From: Octopus bimaculoides
Lineage: Eukaryota
Direction: 5' to 3'
DNA: 64,000 nucleotides
Assembly (NCBI RefSeq): GCF_001194135.2
Contig: NC_068992.1
Location: 47,275,763-47,339,762, forward strand
Shown: one piece after another, positions 25,651 to 38,989 of the stretch
Layout: every line of letters begins with the position of its first letter
Numbering within the stretch: position 1 is the first letter of the stretch
Notes under the pieces: generated by a model
What the model was told of the DNA's origin: nothing
Databases searched by the model: none
What the model saw: only the letters and a program-made list of their open reading frames with translations
Made by a program: the position numbers and the translations under genes

Positions 25651-25826
25651 GTATGTATATATATATATATATGTATGTATATATATATACTTATATGTAT
25701 GTATGTATATATATATACTTATATGTATGTATATATATATGCGTGTATGTTTATATGTATATATGCAAGCAATAAAACATTGTCATGCTGATCATCAGGA
25801 AGTTTTCAGAACTCTTTGTTTTCGTC

Positions 25827-25871
<45 letters not shown>

Positions 25872-26321
25872 GTATACAGATTTACACATTTCCATATATA
25901 CACATTTAAATGCATATGCTCCTATACAAATGCAGGCATATTTATGTGTATGCTTGTGCGTATATGTATATTTATGTGTGTGTGTGTGTGTGTGCGAGTG
26001 AAGATATTTATACATGTGAAGATTATTCAGTTTGCATAGCTATCGTTTAAATTTGTGTGTGATGTATATCATATCAGGATATATTAACGTGGATATCAGT
26101 CTGTGTTTTATTGTACCGAGGTTAGTGTTGTATATATATCGTGGAATCATGCGTATCTGTGTGTGTGTATGTGTGTGTGTATGCGTGTGTGTGATTATGT
26201 ATTTACGTCGATGTACTTGTATATGTAATTTTAGATATGTGATAGCATTGACGTGTGTGCATATAATAGAACATTGGTGTTATTACTGTTGTGCTTATGT
26301 TTATATGCGTAAATGTATGTT

Positions 26322-26699
26322 TTTTTTTTATTCTTCTATTTGTTTCAGTCAAAATGAGTGCGGCCATGCTGGAGTACCGCCTTTAGTCGAACGAATCGAC
26401 CCCATGACTTATTCTTTGTAAGATAGAAGTTATTCTATTGGTCTATTTTGCCGGACCGTTAGGTTGCGGGGAAGTAAACACACTAACATCGGTTGTCAGG
26501 CAATGATAGGAGCAAACACACACACACAAATATATATATATATATATATATACGACGGAACTCTTTCAGTTTCTGTCTACCTAATCCACTCAGAAGGGTT
26601 TGGTCGGTTCGACACTTGCCCAAGGTGCCACACAGTGACACTGAACCCGGAAACATGTGATTGGGAAGCAAGCTTCTTACCACATAGCCACTCAGGCGC
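26322..26699 (-). mobile_element. SINE family A, full-length with a small head deletion
   Basis: Collinear with 23856-24288; internal (CA)n(TA)n. Confidence 0.93.
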
Positions 26700-27121
26700 T
26701 TATGTAAATTAATGTAAATTATTGTATCTATATGTGTGACTAAATATATGAAATGTTATTGTGTGTGGAGCTACAATCTTGTGTACCGGTACTTTTGAAA
26801 GTCTGTGCGTGTGTGCGTGCGCGCGTATGTGGGACTGTACCTGTGCCACAATGCGCATATGTAATGTGTACGTGAATGTATGTATGTGTATACGTATATG
26901 TATTCTGGTATTTTTGTATATCAGTAAGAATGAATGAATGCATGTATAAAGTGAGAGAGATTAGGTATATATATATATATATATATATACGTATATATAC
27001 ATATCTAGTTATACATATATGTGTGTGTATATACATATCCATTCACATACACACACAAGCACACACACACACACACATATATATATGCATACACACGCCC
27101 ACATAACAAATATATATATAT

Positions 27122-27332
27122 GGTAATCTTCAAGTTTAGGGGGGTAAAAAAAATTCAAGGGAAGTAACTGAACGTCTTACCAGTATTCTCCGTACATCTC
27201 TGTTTATAAATAAATCACACACGTGATTTGATTGACGTTGGGGTTAGGATTAGGGTTAGGGTGCGATTTATTTATAAACAGCTAGAAGAAAACGGATAAT
27301 ACTGGTAAGTCGTTCAGTTATTTCCCTTGAAT
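27122..27332. mobile_element. MITE/foldback element with ~68-bp inverted arms and central TTAGGG repeats
   Basis: 27153-27220 pairs with 27261-27332; GGGTTAGGATTAGGGTTAGGG at 27241-27261. The right end runs into a gap. Confidence 0.75.
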
Positions 27333-28670
27333 ATTTTAATTTNNNNNNNNNNNNNNNNNNNNNNNNNNNNNNNNNNNNNNNNNNNNNNNNNNNNNNNNNN
27401 NNNNNNNNNNNNNNNNNNNNNNNNNNNNNNNNNNNNNNNNNNNNNNNNNNNNNNNNNNNNNNNNNNNNNNNNNNNNNNNNNNNNNNNNNNNNNNNNNNNN
27501 NNNNNNNNNNNNNNNNNNNNNNNNNNNNNNNNNNNNNNNNNNNNNNNNNNNNNNNNNNNNNNNNNNNNNNNNNNNNNNNNNNNNNNNNNNNNNNNNNNNN
27601 NNNNNNNNNNNNNNNNNNNNNNNNNNNNNNNNNNNNNNNNNNNNNNNNNNNNNNNNNNNNNNNNNNNNNNNNNNNNNNNNNNNNNNNNNNNNNNNNNNNN
27701 NNNNNNNNNNNNNNNNNNNNNNNNNNNNNNNNNNNNNNNNNNNNNNNNNNNNNNNNNNNNNNNNNNNNNNNNNNNNNNNNNNNNNNNNNNNNNNNNNNNN
27801 NNNNNNNNNNNNNNNNNNNNNNNNNNNNNNNNNNNNNNNNNNNNNNNNNNNNNNNNNNNNNNNNNNNNNNNNNNNNNNNNNNNNNNNNNNNNNNNNNNNN
27901 NNNNNNNNNNNNNNNNNNNNNNNNNNNNNNNNNNNNNNNNNNNNNNNNNNNNNNNNNNNNNNNNNNNNNNNNNNNNNNNNNNNNNNNNNNNNNNNNNNNN
28001 NNNNNNNNNNNNNNNNNNNNNNNNNNNNNNNNNNNNNNNNNNNNNNNNNNNNNNNNNNNNNNNNNNNNNNNNNNNNNNNNNNNNNNNNNNNNNNNNNNNN
28101 NNNNNNNNNNNNNNNNNNNNNNNNNNNNNNNNNNNNNNNTTCTGTCTCTTTCTCTCTCACACTATTCCTCTGTACAATCTATTCACCCACTCTATATGTT
28201 GTTTCTTATACCTCCCACTACCCATTTCTCTCTAAACACTCCTACTCTCTCCTCTATCTGACATCATTCTCCCACTTTCATCTCAACTAAACCATTCAGT
28301 TAATCTATTTCCGAAATACTGTCTGAACTTCTCCTCCTCCGCTGAATATCTTCTCCGTTTCTTTTCACTTCTTCTTCGTTTCTTTCCTTCTTTTCTTCTG
28401 TGTTTCTCTCACTTCTTTCTTTCTTCCTTCAAAATCCGAAGTTCCCTCCTACCTGCCACCAAATTCACCTCGATTGCTACCTTTTGCATGCATCTCCCAC
28501 TCTCATTTCTCTCCTCCTTTCTCTTTGTATATAAATACGTGCGTGCTCAAACGTATGCATGGATGCATGCATTTACATGTGTATATATGAGTGAGTGTGT
28601 AAGTAAGTCTGTGTGTGTATGGGTTTGTGTAAGTGTGTGCATGCGTGTGTATTGTATATATTGTATATGC

Positions 28671-28705
<35 letters not shown>

Positions 28706-28852
28706 GAGAGCCATATATACAAGCATACATACATAAATACATTTACGTACACTCTCTGTTCTTTCCTTTATGCATTTATGTGTGTGTGCACGCGTCTATG
28801 TATGTAGGTAAGTATGTACATGTGTGTGTGTGTGCGTGAGTGAGTGCATGTG

Positions 28853-28887
<35 letters not shown>

Positions 28888-29498
28888 TGAGAGACATACA
28901 AACGTACGTACATATATATATATATATACCTATATTCTTTAATAATTTTACTAGTTTCTTAACATCAACTCCCATCACCGCATTTACCTCTGCGACCTTG
29001 AAGTCCAAACGAAAGTCTTTTAATCTAGTACGGCGCCACCGTAATCCACTCACACACACACACACACATGTACACTCTAATTATTCACTCTCTCAATGCT
29101 TTACATCATTATATCGCATTGTATTTCAATAGATATTATACTGTACTTGATTCAAATTTATCAAATCAATATTTATTTCCCATATCAGTTATTTCTAGTG
29201 AAATTGACGCGTATTTTTCCTCTCTTCTGACTCTATATTTCCCCCTTTCTCTCTTTCTCTCTTTCTACCTTTCTCTATCTTTTTTTCTGTATACACATGC
29301 ATCCATACACATATATACATACACATATATATATATATATATATATATCTTTATATNNNNNNNNNNNNNNNNNNNNNNNNNNNNNNNNNNNNNNNNNNNN
29401 NNNNNNNNNNNNNNNNNNNNNNNNNNNNNNNNNNNNNNNNNNNNNNNNNNNNNNNNNNNNNNNNNNNNNNNNNNNNNNNNNNNNNNNNNNNNNNTATA

Positions 29499-29547
<49 letters not shown>

Positions 29548-30352
29548 ATGTATGTATGTATACCTATACGTATGTATATATATATACACACATATGGGTA
29601 TGTATATATAGGCATATATATATATATATATATGATATATCATATATTATTTGCACATATCACATATTTGTTCGCATCCAGACACGCGTATAGACACACG
29701 TACATACACGTGTGTGTGTGTTCATGTGAGGGAATGTATGTTGATGAGTGTATATATGTGTGTGAATGTGCACACACATATATAAATGTCTTAATGCATA
29801 TATGAATATGCGTCACTGGCCTCCTTTATATATTTGTCTTGGATCATTTATGTTACATTTATGCAAATTACCGAAACAATAAATATGTTCTACTATTTTT
29901 TTTATATATGACTGTACTAACGAGGATTATTGAGACAGAAACACATGTCTATCTCCGTGTTCTTGTCTTCGGAAAATAATGCCATTGATTTTCTTAAATA
30001 ACATATCAAATATGTAATGAGTCTTGATTCCTCAGATTATTTAACCGTTTTATCTAGAACGGTAACAATAGCAACCCAGTGACTGCCCTACTCTTTCTAT
30101 AATAGTGTTATGTATTGTATCCTTATTTGTCTTTTGTTATTAAAATATGTGTCACTCACCACCTCGAGTTATTTCTTTTAGCTCATTTTCGTTTCCTTTA
30201 TAGATATATGCATTGCTTTACTTTAAACCAGACGCCTTCCACGGACATATATAGCTTCGTAACGTATACCACGTTTCCGCTAATTGTTTTTGTTACTATG
30301 TATTCTCAAACAGACATAGCAACCCCCACTCTCTTGACACTCCGCCCTTTGC

Positions 30353-30575
30353 CCCAGTGGCACACTCGGGATGTGACAACTACAGGGAGAGAGAGCTGCA
30401 CCAGCGAGAGCTGCACCAGCGAGAGCTGCATTCATTTACAACTGAACAGAGAGAAGCAATGAGAAATAATGTGTAATGCCCCCGGGTATATTGCACATCC
30501 TTTCCTCGTGTTGATCCCATGACGTTATAGTCGTAAATCAAACTACCTAATCACTAGACTACTAATCTACGTGCC
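30353..30575 (-). mobile_element. Degenerate SINE with a family-B-like head and a different 3' domain, containing a 15-bp tandem repeat
   Basis: Minus head GGCACGTAG..TAGTGATTAGG. GAGAGCTGCACCAGC occurs ~2.7 times at 30391-30430. Confidence 0.5.
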
Positions 30576-30811
30576 TACACACAAACGCAAACACACGCGC
30601 GAGCCCGTGTATGTGGCGGTATATGTTTGTGTATGTTCGTAAATATACCATACTACCATTCCTTTATTCGACCAAGTTACTTTCTTTCCACGAATTTAAC
30701 TTTTGCCGAGCGACTATTCCCAGATTCATTCATCCGTTCATAGTGTAGTACTCAATCCGAATGAAAGAGTTAGAAAACTACACCGCTGTATTACAATACG
30801 ATATTTGGCGA

Positions 30812-30960
30812 GGAATCGATCCCAGTAGAGCAATGGCATTTGTTGACTTCGTTGGGCATTCTTAATTTCAGAGAGATTTGAACTCAGAGACAAGCGACTC
30901 ATAGGAAATACCTGCAAGGCAGTGCATTTTATACTGTATTCTAACAACCGTGCCAATTAG
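30812..30960 (-). mobile_element. SINE family C, diverged
   Basis: AATCGATCCCAGTA..GATTTGAACTCAGA..GAAATACC..TTCTAACAACCGTGCCAATT is the reverse of the family C head. Confidence 0.6.
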
Positions 30961-31026
30961 CATCTCTCTCTCTCTCATTCTCCTACCCCTCCTTCTCTTC
31001 CCCTGTATATATGTATGCATATATCC

Positions 31027-31081
31027 TTTTATTCTTTTACTTGTTTCAGTCATTTAACTGCGACCACGCTGGAGCACCGCC
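31027..31081 (-). mobile_element. SINE family A tail fragment
   Basis: TTTTACTTGTTTCAGTCATTTAACTGCGACCACGCTGGAGCACCGCC. Confidence 0.85.
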
Positions 31082-31148
31082 CGTATATGTGTAAATCTAT
31101 GTATATATATTTTTTTATAAATCTAAATGCATATATATACACACACAC

Positions 31149-31184
<36 letters not shown>

Positions 31185-31543
31185 NNNNNNNNNNNNNNNN
31201 NNNNNNNNNNNNNNNNNNNNNNNNNNNNNNNNNNNNNNNNNNNNNNNNNNNNNNNNNNNNNNNNNNNNNNNNNNNNNNNNNNNNNNNNNNNNNNNNNNNN
31301 NNNNNNNNNNNNNNNNNNNNNNNNNNNNNNNNNNNNNNNNNNNNNNNNNNNNNNNNNNNNNNNNNNNNNNNNNNNNNNNNNNNNNNNNNNNNNNNNNNNN
31401 NNNNNNNNNNNNNNNNNNNNNNNNNNNNNNNNNNNNNNNNNNNNNNNNNNNNNNNNNNNNNNNNNNNNNNNNNNNNNNNNNNNNNNNNNNNNNNNNNNNN
31501 NNNNNNNNNNNNNNNNNNNNNNNNNNNNNNNNNNNNNNNNNNN

Positions 31544-31544
<1 letters not shown>

Positions 31545-31589
<45 letters not shown>

Positions 31590-31644
31590 GTATATACATA
31601 TATATATATATATGGGTATATACATATATATATACATATATGGG

Positions 31645-31678
<34 letters not shown>

Positions 31679-31680
31679 GG

Positions 31681-31718
<38 letters not shown>

Positions 31719-31770
31719 CATATATATATATATATATGGGTATATGCATATATATATATATGGGTATATA
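31545..31770. repeat. (TA)n with recurring ATGGGTATATACAT interruptions (higher-order minisatellite)
   Basis: Direct reading; about 6 GGG/GG interruptions at 25-30 bp spacing. Confidence 0.85.
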
Positions 31771-32435
31771 AAATACACGCATACACGCATGCAAAAGCAT
31801 TCACACACGTACACATTCTTATAAAAAATTAGAGGGATAGAAATCTTTGAGCACATTCCCACCATGCCTTATCGCTGAAATAGGTAATAAAAGCTAATCC
31901 AATTTCTAGAATGCTCTTCTTGACTGCGAAATATATTCTCCCTACACTTCACACATCTCTAACCTCCTTTTAACCACCCACTATTAATAACATCCATAGA
32001 AATTTCTCATTCTATTGCATTTCCTTATATTTCCAAGTTTATTCAACTTTTAATCCTTCTCCAATAATCTACTTATGTATTTATTCGCCGTATATTGATG
32101 TCTTTTTATATATATTTTCTCCATTCTTCTAAACCCACACCATTCGCATGTTCTCGTCACGATATTTTACGCCAGCAGTGGTTAAAGCTCCTTTTTGATT
32201 TTTGTCCTTTATCAGGATTCATGCTCGCATGAGCACACGCAGGCGCATGCGCAGGCATATGCACATGCATAAATATATATATAATGGCATGCACGGCCAC
32301 CCACTTCATCTCACACACACACACACACACACATACACAGACACATATACACAGTTACATACTAACGCATACACGCAGTGCATATATGTGTGTGTGATAA
32401 TATTCTATATTATGTGCATGTATTAATGAACATTT

Positions 32436-32438
32436 ATG

Positions 32439-32469
<31 letters not shown>

Positions 32470-32516
32470 ATATAGATAGATAGATATGTGTGCTTGTTGT
32501 TGTGTGTGAGAGTATA

Positions 32517-32571
<55 letters not shown>

Positions 32572-32618
32572 ATATAGATAGATAGATATGTGTGCTTGTT
32601 GTTGTGTGTGAGAGTATA

Positions 32619-32660
<42 letters not shown>
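32436..32660. repeat. ~102-bp tandem duplication of a compound microsatellite
   Basis: GATAGATATGTGTGCTTGTTGTTGTGTGTGAGAGTATATATATG occurs twice, offset 102 bp. Confidence 0.9.
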
Positions 32661-32664
<4 letters not shown>

Positions 32665-33639
32665 ACATGGTTACGTTCACTCATATAAACACGCCCCCGC
32701 ACATGCTATTACATATGTATACATGTGCGTGTGTGTATGTGTGTGTATGTGTACTTTTACATACATATATACATATACATGCATGTATACATGCATCCAT
32801 GTTGTGGACGAAAGCATGCGTATATGTATGTGTATATAGACACGCGTATAAACTTCTAGCTGTTGATGTGTTACACACGCCTAAAGCTTATATCTTGAAT
32901 GACACGATTTGGTACATTTTTTGTGTTTCATTGCCAACTTAGTACAACAGTTTCAATTGAAATGAAACATTAAATCACACAAAACTCAATTCATAAAAAA
33001 ATTCCAAGTACTAAAATGTATCTATTTAATTTTTCACACTTGTCCTCAATCACTGAAGTATTCGTGCACGTCGCCTTGTATTTGCTTTACTTAAACATGC
33101 TATTTTATACAACTGAATTATATGTCTCACTCTGTTACACCTAAAATGGAGATCGCACATGCTATTGAAGCAAATAGATCGTTTTTATTGTGCATTACTA
33201 CTGACTGCACATATATTAGAATTCTAATTGTTTGTGTATGAGATAAGTTATATGCATGTTATATACGGATTTTCACATATTTCATTCATAATACAGGTTG
33301 ATAAAAGAAAAAATAATACCCCAATCACTGACTGTTCAGCATGATATTTCGTAAATCTATTTCATTCCAGCTGGTCTTGGCTGTCTCTCAAGTGGGAATA
33401 ACTCTCCCTTATAAGAGGCAGCTCTACTATAATATATATACATATTTTTCTTTGGAATTCCCTCCTAAATAACTTGAAACCATATAGCTTCTGTTAATTT
33501 GATTTTCTCTAGATTTATTACATCAGATGAGGTTTTCTGTACGGAACTTTACAAGTGAATGGGTTATGTGATTCAATAGAATCCAGCACAAGGAATTCTA
33601 ATTAAGTATTATATTTTGTTTTGTTTTGTTGTTTCAAAG

Positions 33640-33792
33640 GTGGGAAAGCAGTGATCATGACTTTTCTGGGGTTTGAGTGTAGCTTCGGTTAGCAGACCCG
33701 AGTGTTTGCAACACAGAAGACATCTGGTGTTAAACCGGGAGAAAGTCAAAATACCTACCCAAGTACGCCATGGCAGAATTGGACCTCGGAAG
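33640..33792 (+). other. Candidate spliced exon with a strong-Kozak ATG (MAELDLG..)
   Basis: T-rich tract plus AAAG acceptor at 33638-39, GCCATGG at 33767-33773, donor AAG|GTAACT at 33793. No homology recognised. Confidence 0.25.
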
Positions 33793-35355
33793 GTAACTAG
33801 GACTACTACCACGAGGCATCTGGTTCGAGACAAGTTGGTTGAGATTGTGCCGATAACAATATATCATTCTTTTGATGAAACCGTCGAAAAATTATTCACA
33901 TTCGACAATGCCTCCTCTATATTAGTAGACAATATTCAGATATTGTGAATTGATGTTGTCATTAATAGATATCGGAAGCAAACGTCATTGGACATACATC
34001 AGGTAGGTCTCGAAACTGAGTACAGCACAAGACACACGAGGACGTTAGAGCATATTCTTAGAGTACACACTGTTAACAACGAATATTAGCCTTGCCATAC
34101 CAGTATCAATTGATATAAATTATATATAAAGATATTCTTGTTAGTTTGCAATATTAAATGGCTTCTACATTAGCATTTGGAACACGAGAGAGAAGTAGAT
34201 ACTTTATCAATATTTTAACTGAAAGTTATGGCCGAACGAAAGCATTTTTTTAGTAATGGTCGATTACTATAATTGTAAAATTTAATACAGTTTAGGGAAT
34301 CATGCAATATATCATGCTATGGTAACATTAACATTATAACTTTCATAAGCAAGAAGGACATTTTTTTGTTGACTTTTATCTCGTGAGAATTTAAATATTC
34401 AGTAATGCTCTAGTGACAACTTGAAAACTAGAAATTCTGGACTAGCTTTAACACTCTCATAAACGTCATGAACATATCGTCAGTACATGGATAGCTTTAC
34501 ATTTTAGTTGCCCATTACCTTCAATATTCCACGTATAAAAGTTTGCAAAAGTAGGTGCAAAGGGGAAACCACTTATACGCCATTGGTGTCCATGTCGAAT
34601 TGGCTAATGTTTCTCAATACCAATTTTGTGTGGAGAGTACTTTGACTGTTTAATATTCCTTATCATCCATAAACACTAATGGAGATTTTAATGTTTCGCT
34701 GATATAATATTTCAGATTTTACTGGCCTCTCTACGGAAAATTTATTTATCGCAAGGGTATTCTGATACGTTTCGACTTCAGTTGCCGAACATACATCGAT
34801 TCGTATTTACTTCAGGTTTTAACAGGAATTCAGTTTTACTACAGAAGCTAGGTATATATCACCCCCACCTTGACACTTCCGATATTCTCGCCATTTTTAC
34901 TTTGGTTAGACATATTACTGGATTTTGCTTCAATAGTATATACCCTACACTAAGTACTAAACCTGATCCTTCAACTCCAAAATGTCAAAATTATGGGGTT
35001 CACTTAACTTCCTATATTTTACTAGCATAAGGTGACTGACGGATATTTCAACTGACTTATCAATTTTAGCACTGTGATGGAGTAGCGACCTGTAAAAGTG
35101 TTGGTCTCTGATACTCCCACTTGGCGAACCATAAAGAGTATTTCCAAGAATTAAGTTTTCCTATGATGATGCAAAATCTGCTATTTTATAACAACCATTT
35201 ATTACTTCGGGAAACAGATACCGTAAACGTGGAAGGTTATTTTTTAAAAGTGGTGTCTCACTTACTTCTCATCTTACATGATATATTTGCAGTTTTTCTA
35301 CATTCAAAACCTTTATTCATTTAGAATCCTTTTCTTTATATTATTTTCTTTTTTT

Positions 35356-35463
35356 TTCTTCTTTTATATATTTCAGTAATCCGACTGCGGCCATGCTGGA
35401 GCAACGCTTTTGGCCGCAGTAATCGACCCTAGGACTTATTCTGTGTAAGCCTAGTACTTATTC
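35356..35463 (-). mobile_element. SINE family A tail fragment with an internal 10-bp inverted duplication
   Basis: Tail consensus is present; ACTGCGGCCA (35384-93) and TGGCCGCAGT (35411-20). Confidence 0.85.
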
Positions 35464-36367
35464 CAATATTCTTATACGTGAGTGTATTTCTACACATCAA
35501 AAATACTGAAAGGTTAGGGAGAGTATAGGTAACAGCAGACGTAAACACAACGGTATTAGTTCCAAAACCTGCCGATTGCGGAACACAAACAGGTACAGTT
35601 CTAAAACTGAATGACATCAGCTTGTCAGGAGTTAACAAAACTATTAGTATGATAAATTATCTAAATTATACCTTTTGTATAATTCTCATTTATAATTAAT
35701 GTCCCTACAATAGTATTTATTGGAAATTATGAAAAGAAACATATACATAGAGCTGCACTCACCCACACATAAATCAAACATTTGCATACTATAACATGCA
35801 AATACACGCATAGGCAAATATATGCGGACATGCATACATATAAACACATGCACAATTAGACACGTAAGCACCATAATGTGTGTGCCTGCATACACAGATG
35901 TATCTTCGATTTTCTACAAATACCGGAATATTAGAAGATCGTGCCAGCTTCAGTCAAGAAAGCCTCGAGATTCCACAGCTACATAAAAGGTTTTAACTTC
36001 TGGCAGTGTATAGGAGAATATCACGTGACCATCATTATAGTGTTTTACTGATAAAAAAAAAATAATTTAGTTCACATTTTTGTCACCCCGAGTCTCATTT
36101 TCAACATGACATGAAAGATGTCATTATTTTCCCTTGGGCAAATTTATTGTTTTCAAATACTTCGTTGTGTTATAAAACTTCAAGGCATGGCAGCAATGTG
36201 TACATAAACCAAATCAACAGCATTAATATATGACATGTTCGAAAATTTCCCAACAGAGTACAGAACAAAATATAAACACCAGGAAATAGATTGAAGGAAG
36301 GAGAAATAGAGAGACAGAAATCAACACGCGCCCACAGGAACATATGCATATGTATATATTTATAACG

Positions 36368-36415
<48 letters not shown>

Positions 36416-38938
36416 ATTATGAATATGTGTGTATAAATATGCCTGTATGAATATATAACGCTTTATTATAATATATATACATGCATGTATAATTATATAT
36501 AAATATATGCATATATGTATCAATGTATCAGTGCGTATGTACATGTGTGTGTATCTGTATGGGTGTCTGTGTGTGTAGATAATATATACATATTTATATA
36601 TATATATTTATATAGATAGACAGACAGACAGATACATACATAATGCATGCATGCATACATACATACATACATACATACATACAATCTCATTTCTTTGGGG
36701 CTTTAATCATGCTAGCATAACTGCCAATGAATGAAGACTCTAAATCTCTCGCGCCTATGCACGTATTCTCTATCGACAAGATGTGGGAAGCCGCATATAA
36801 TGAGAGGAATAGCTTCTCCCTATCCGTCATGTTTTTAGTGAGAACGTTTTGATCTCTTGCCGCAATCCATAATTCTTCTGTGTGTATTGAAGAGATGGTT
36901 AATGCTTTTATCAGTAGCATTTATAACCCCTGGTGGTTTAATTCAACAGTTTTGTTAATGTGTTCAGAACAAAGCACTGTAATAGATGGAATAGAGAGAT
37001 TCCATCATGTACTCCTTTTCTCGTAGCTATAGGATTAGTTTTAGTTATCTCCCCCTTCATTTTCTATCGATTTCTTTATTTTCCATTTCCACATAGCATG
37101 TTTGATAAACATTATTAGTATTCGCGCTACTTAATTGATGTGACCTGTCTCTAATATCTAAGAGTGTGGTATAATATCATAGTCTTTTCTATGATCAATT
37201 CAAGTCATACTGAATATGGTTTCCCTCATTTTGCTGCCAATAATAACCCAGCCCATCATTACCTGCTTATTTCCAGCTTTCTTTCTACGTATCTTGTAGC
37301 ATCTTACTGCGTTCCGACCGGGCAGATATATGGGTTTTCAAAGTTATTGGCAAATAAACTGCAGGCCTGTAGTTTTTATGCTCTCCATTATTTTCAGTTT
37401 GGAGGAATATTACTGCTTTCCCTCCGACAGAAATACAAGTATTGATATTGGAAGTCTTACCATTTTATTGAAGATTTTTGCTACAGATTCACGAGCAATA
37501 ATACACAAATCAACAACTACAAGTTATCGAATTTATTCCTCCTAGGGACTGTCCAAGCGTTTGAAAGTTCTAAAGTGTTCAGTAGATTCTTGAGGGATGT
37601 GCTGTTTGATGCATATCTTGCAGTTGTATCTTATGATATCAATTCCTTTCTAAACCATTGTCTTTCAACATTCTGAATATTTTCATTCCATGTTCCTTTG
37701 TCCCTTCCTTGACTTCTCCGTGATGTTTGGCTGAGTTTTTTGTTACATTTGTCGTTTTATATCCCTGCAAAATCTGTTAATATTTCAAGCAATTATAAGT
37801 TTCTGGTGCACGAATCGTTTTGTAAGCCACAATCTTGCTGATATATTCTACTAAAGTATTTAATTTATTATTATTATTATAAATTTTTTAACTATTATTG
37901 AATATTTATTATTGATTATAGGGCTTTAATTCTTAACGAAAATTCTCAAGATAAAGAGAAACAAATCTTCCTGTAAAGTATACTTCGGAGTTTTCCCGTT
38001 TAACCAATACCTTCCCGGTTCATAAGAATAGTCAAAGTTAAATAAAATGAAATTGATGACATTGAAAAAGATAAATAAATCTATAGAGCTCGTGATAACA
38101 CTTTGCGTCTACGTGCGAATTTCTGTTTGTGCGCGTTTGCATTCGTATGTATTCCTACGTATCCATTTATACATATCTGTGTGTGAGTGGGCGTGTGTAT
38201 ATATATATATATATATACATTCATATATATACATATATATATATATATATTTGTATATATATATATATATATATATATNNNNNNNNNNNNNNNNNNNNNN
38301 NNNNNNNNNNNNNNNNNNNNNNNNNNNNNNNNNNNNNNNNNNNNNNNNNNNNNNNNNNNNNNNNNNNNNNNNNNNNNNNNNNNNNNNNNNNNNNNNNNNN
38401 NNNNNNNNNNNNNNNNNNNNNNNNNNNNNNNNNNNNNNNNNNNNNNNNNNNNNNNNNNNNNNNNNNNNNNNNNNNNNNNNNNNNNNNNNNNNNNNNNNNN
38501 NNNNNNNNNNNNNNNNNNNNNNNNNNNNNNNNNNNNNNNNNNNNNNNNNNNNNNNNNNNNNNNNNNNNNNNNNNNNNNNNNNNNNNNNNNNNNNNNNNNN
38601 NNNNNNNNNNNNNNNNNNNNNNNNNNNNNNNNNNNNNNNNNNNNNNNNNNNNNNNNNNNNNNNNTATATATATATATATATAGGCATAATTACAGATAGA
38701 CACACGTATACACACATACATGAAAAGAGAGAACGAGAAAAAAAATCAGCTTGAATTATTGACGAGATATTTCAATTAATGCAGATGCAGATAATGATAT
38801 TGCACTAAACATTTTTCATAATTTAAATTTCAATATACGAGAAAAATTTCATTTACTGCACTTAATTACTTCCCGACAGTTTACGTCATTGTCGATATTT
38901 CAACTTGCAAAGCCACCTCCTTCGCTTGCACACAGATT

Positions 38939-38977
<39 letters not shown>

Positions 38978-38989
38978 ATATATTTTAAT

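Noticed and set aside
27241-27261. TTAGGG repeats as a chromosome end
   Set aside because: Only ~3.5 units, internal, and enclosed by inverted arms.
34760-34830. Minus-strand CTGAAGTC-GAAACGTA
   Set aside because: The core is mismatched, with no helix II and no helix I.
37440-37860. Minus frame with few stops (..VERQWFRKELIS..)
   Set aside because: It still has several stops and no identifiable domain. It may be TE debris but cannot be supported.
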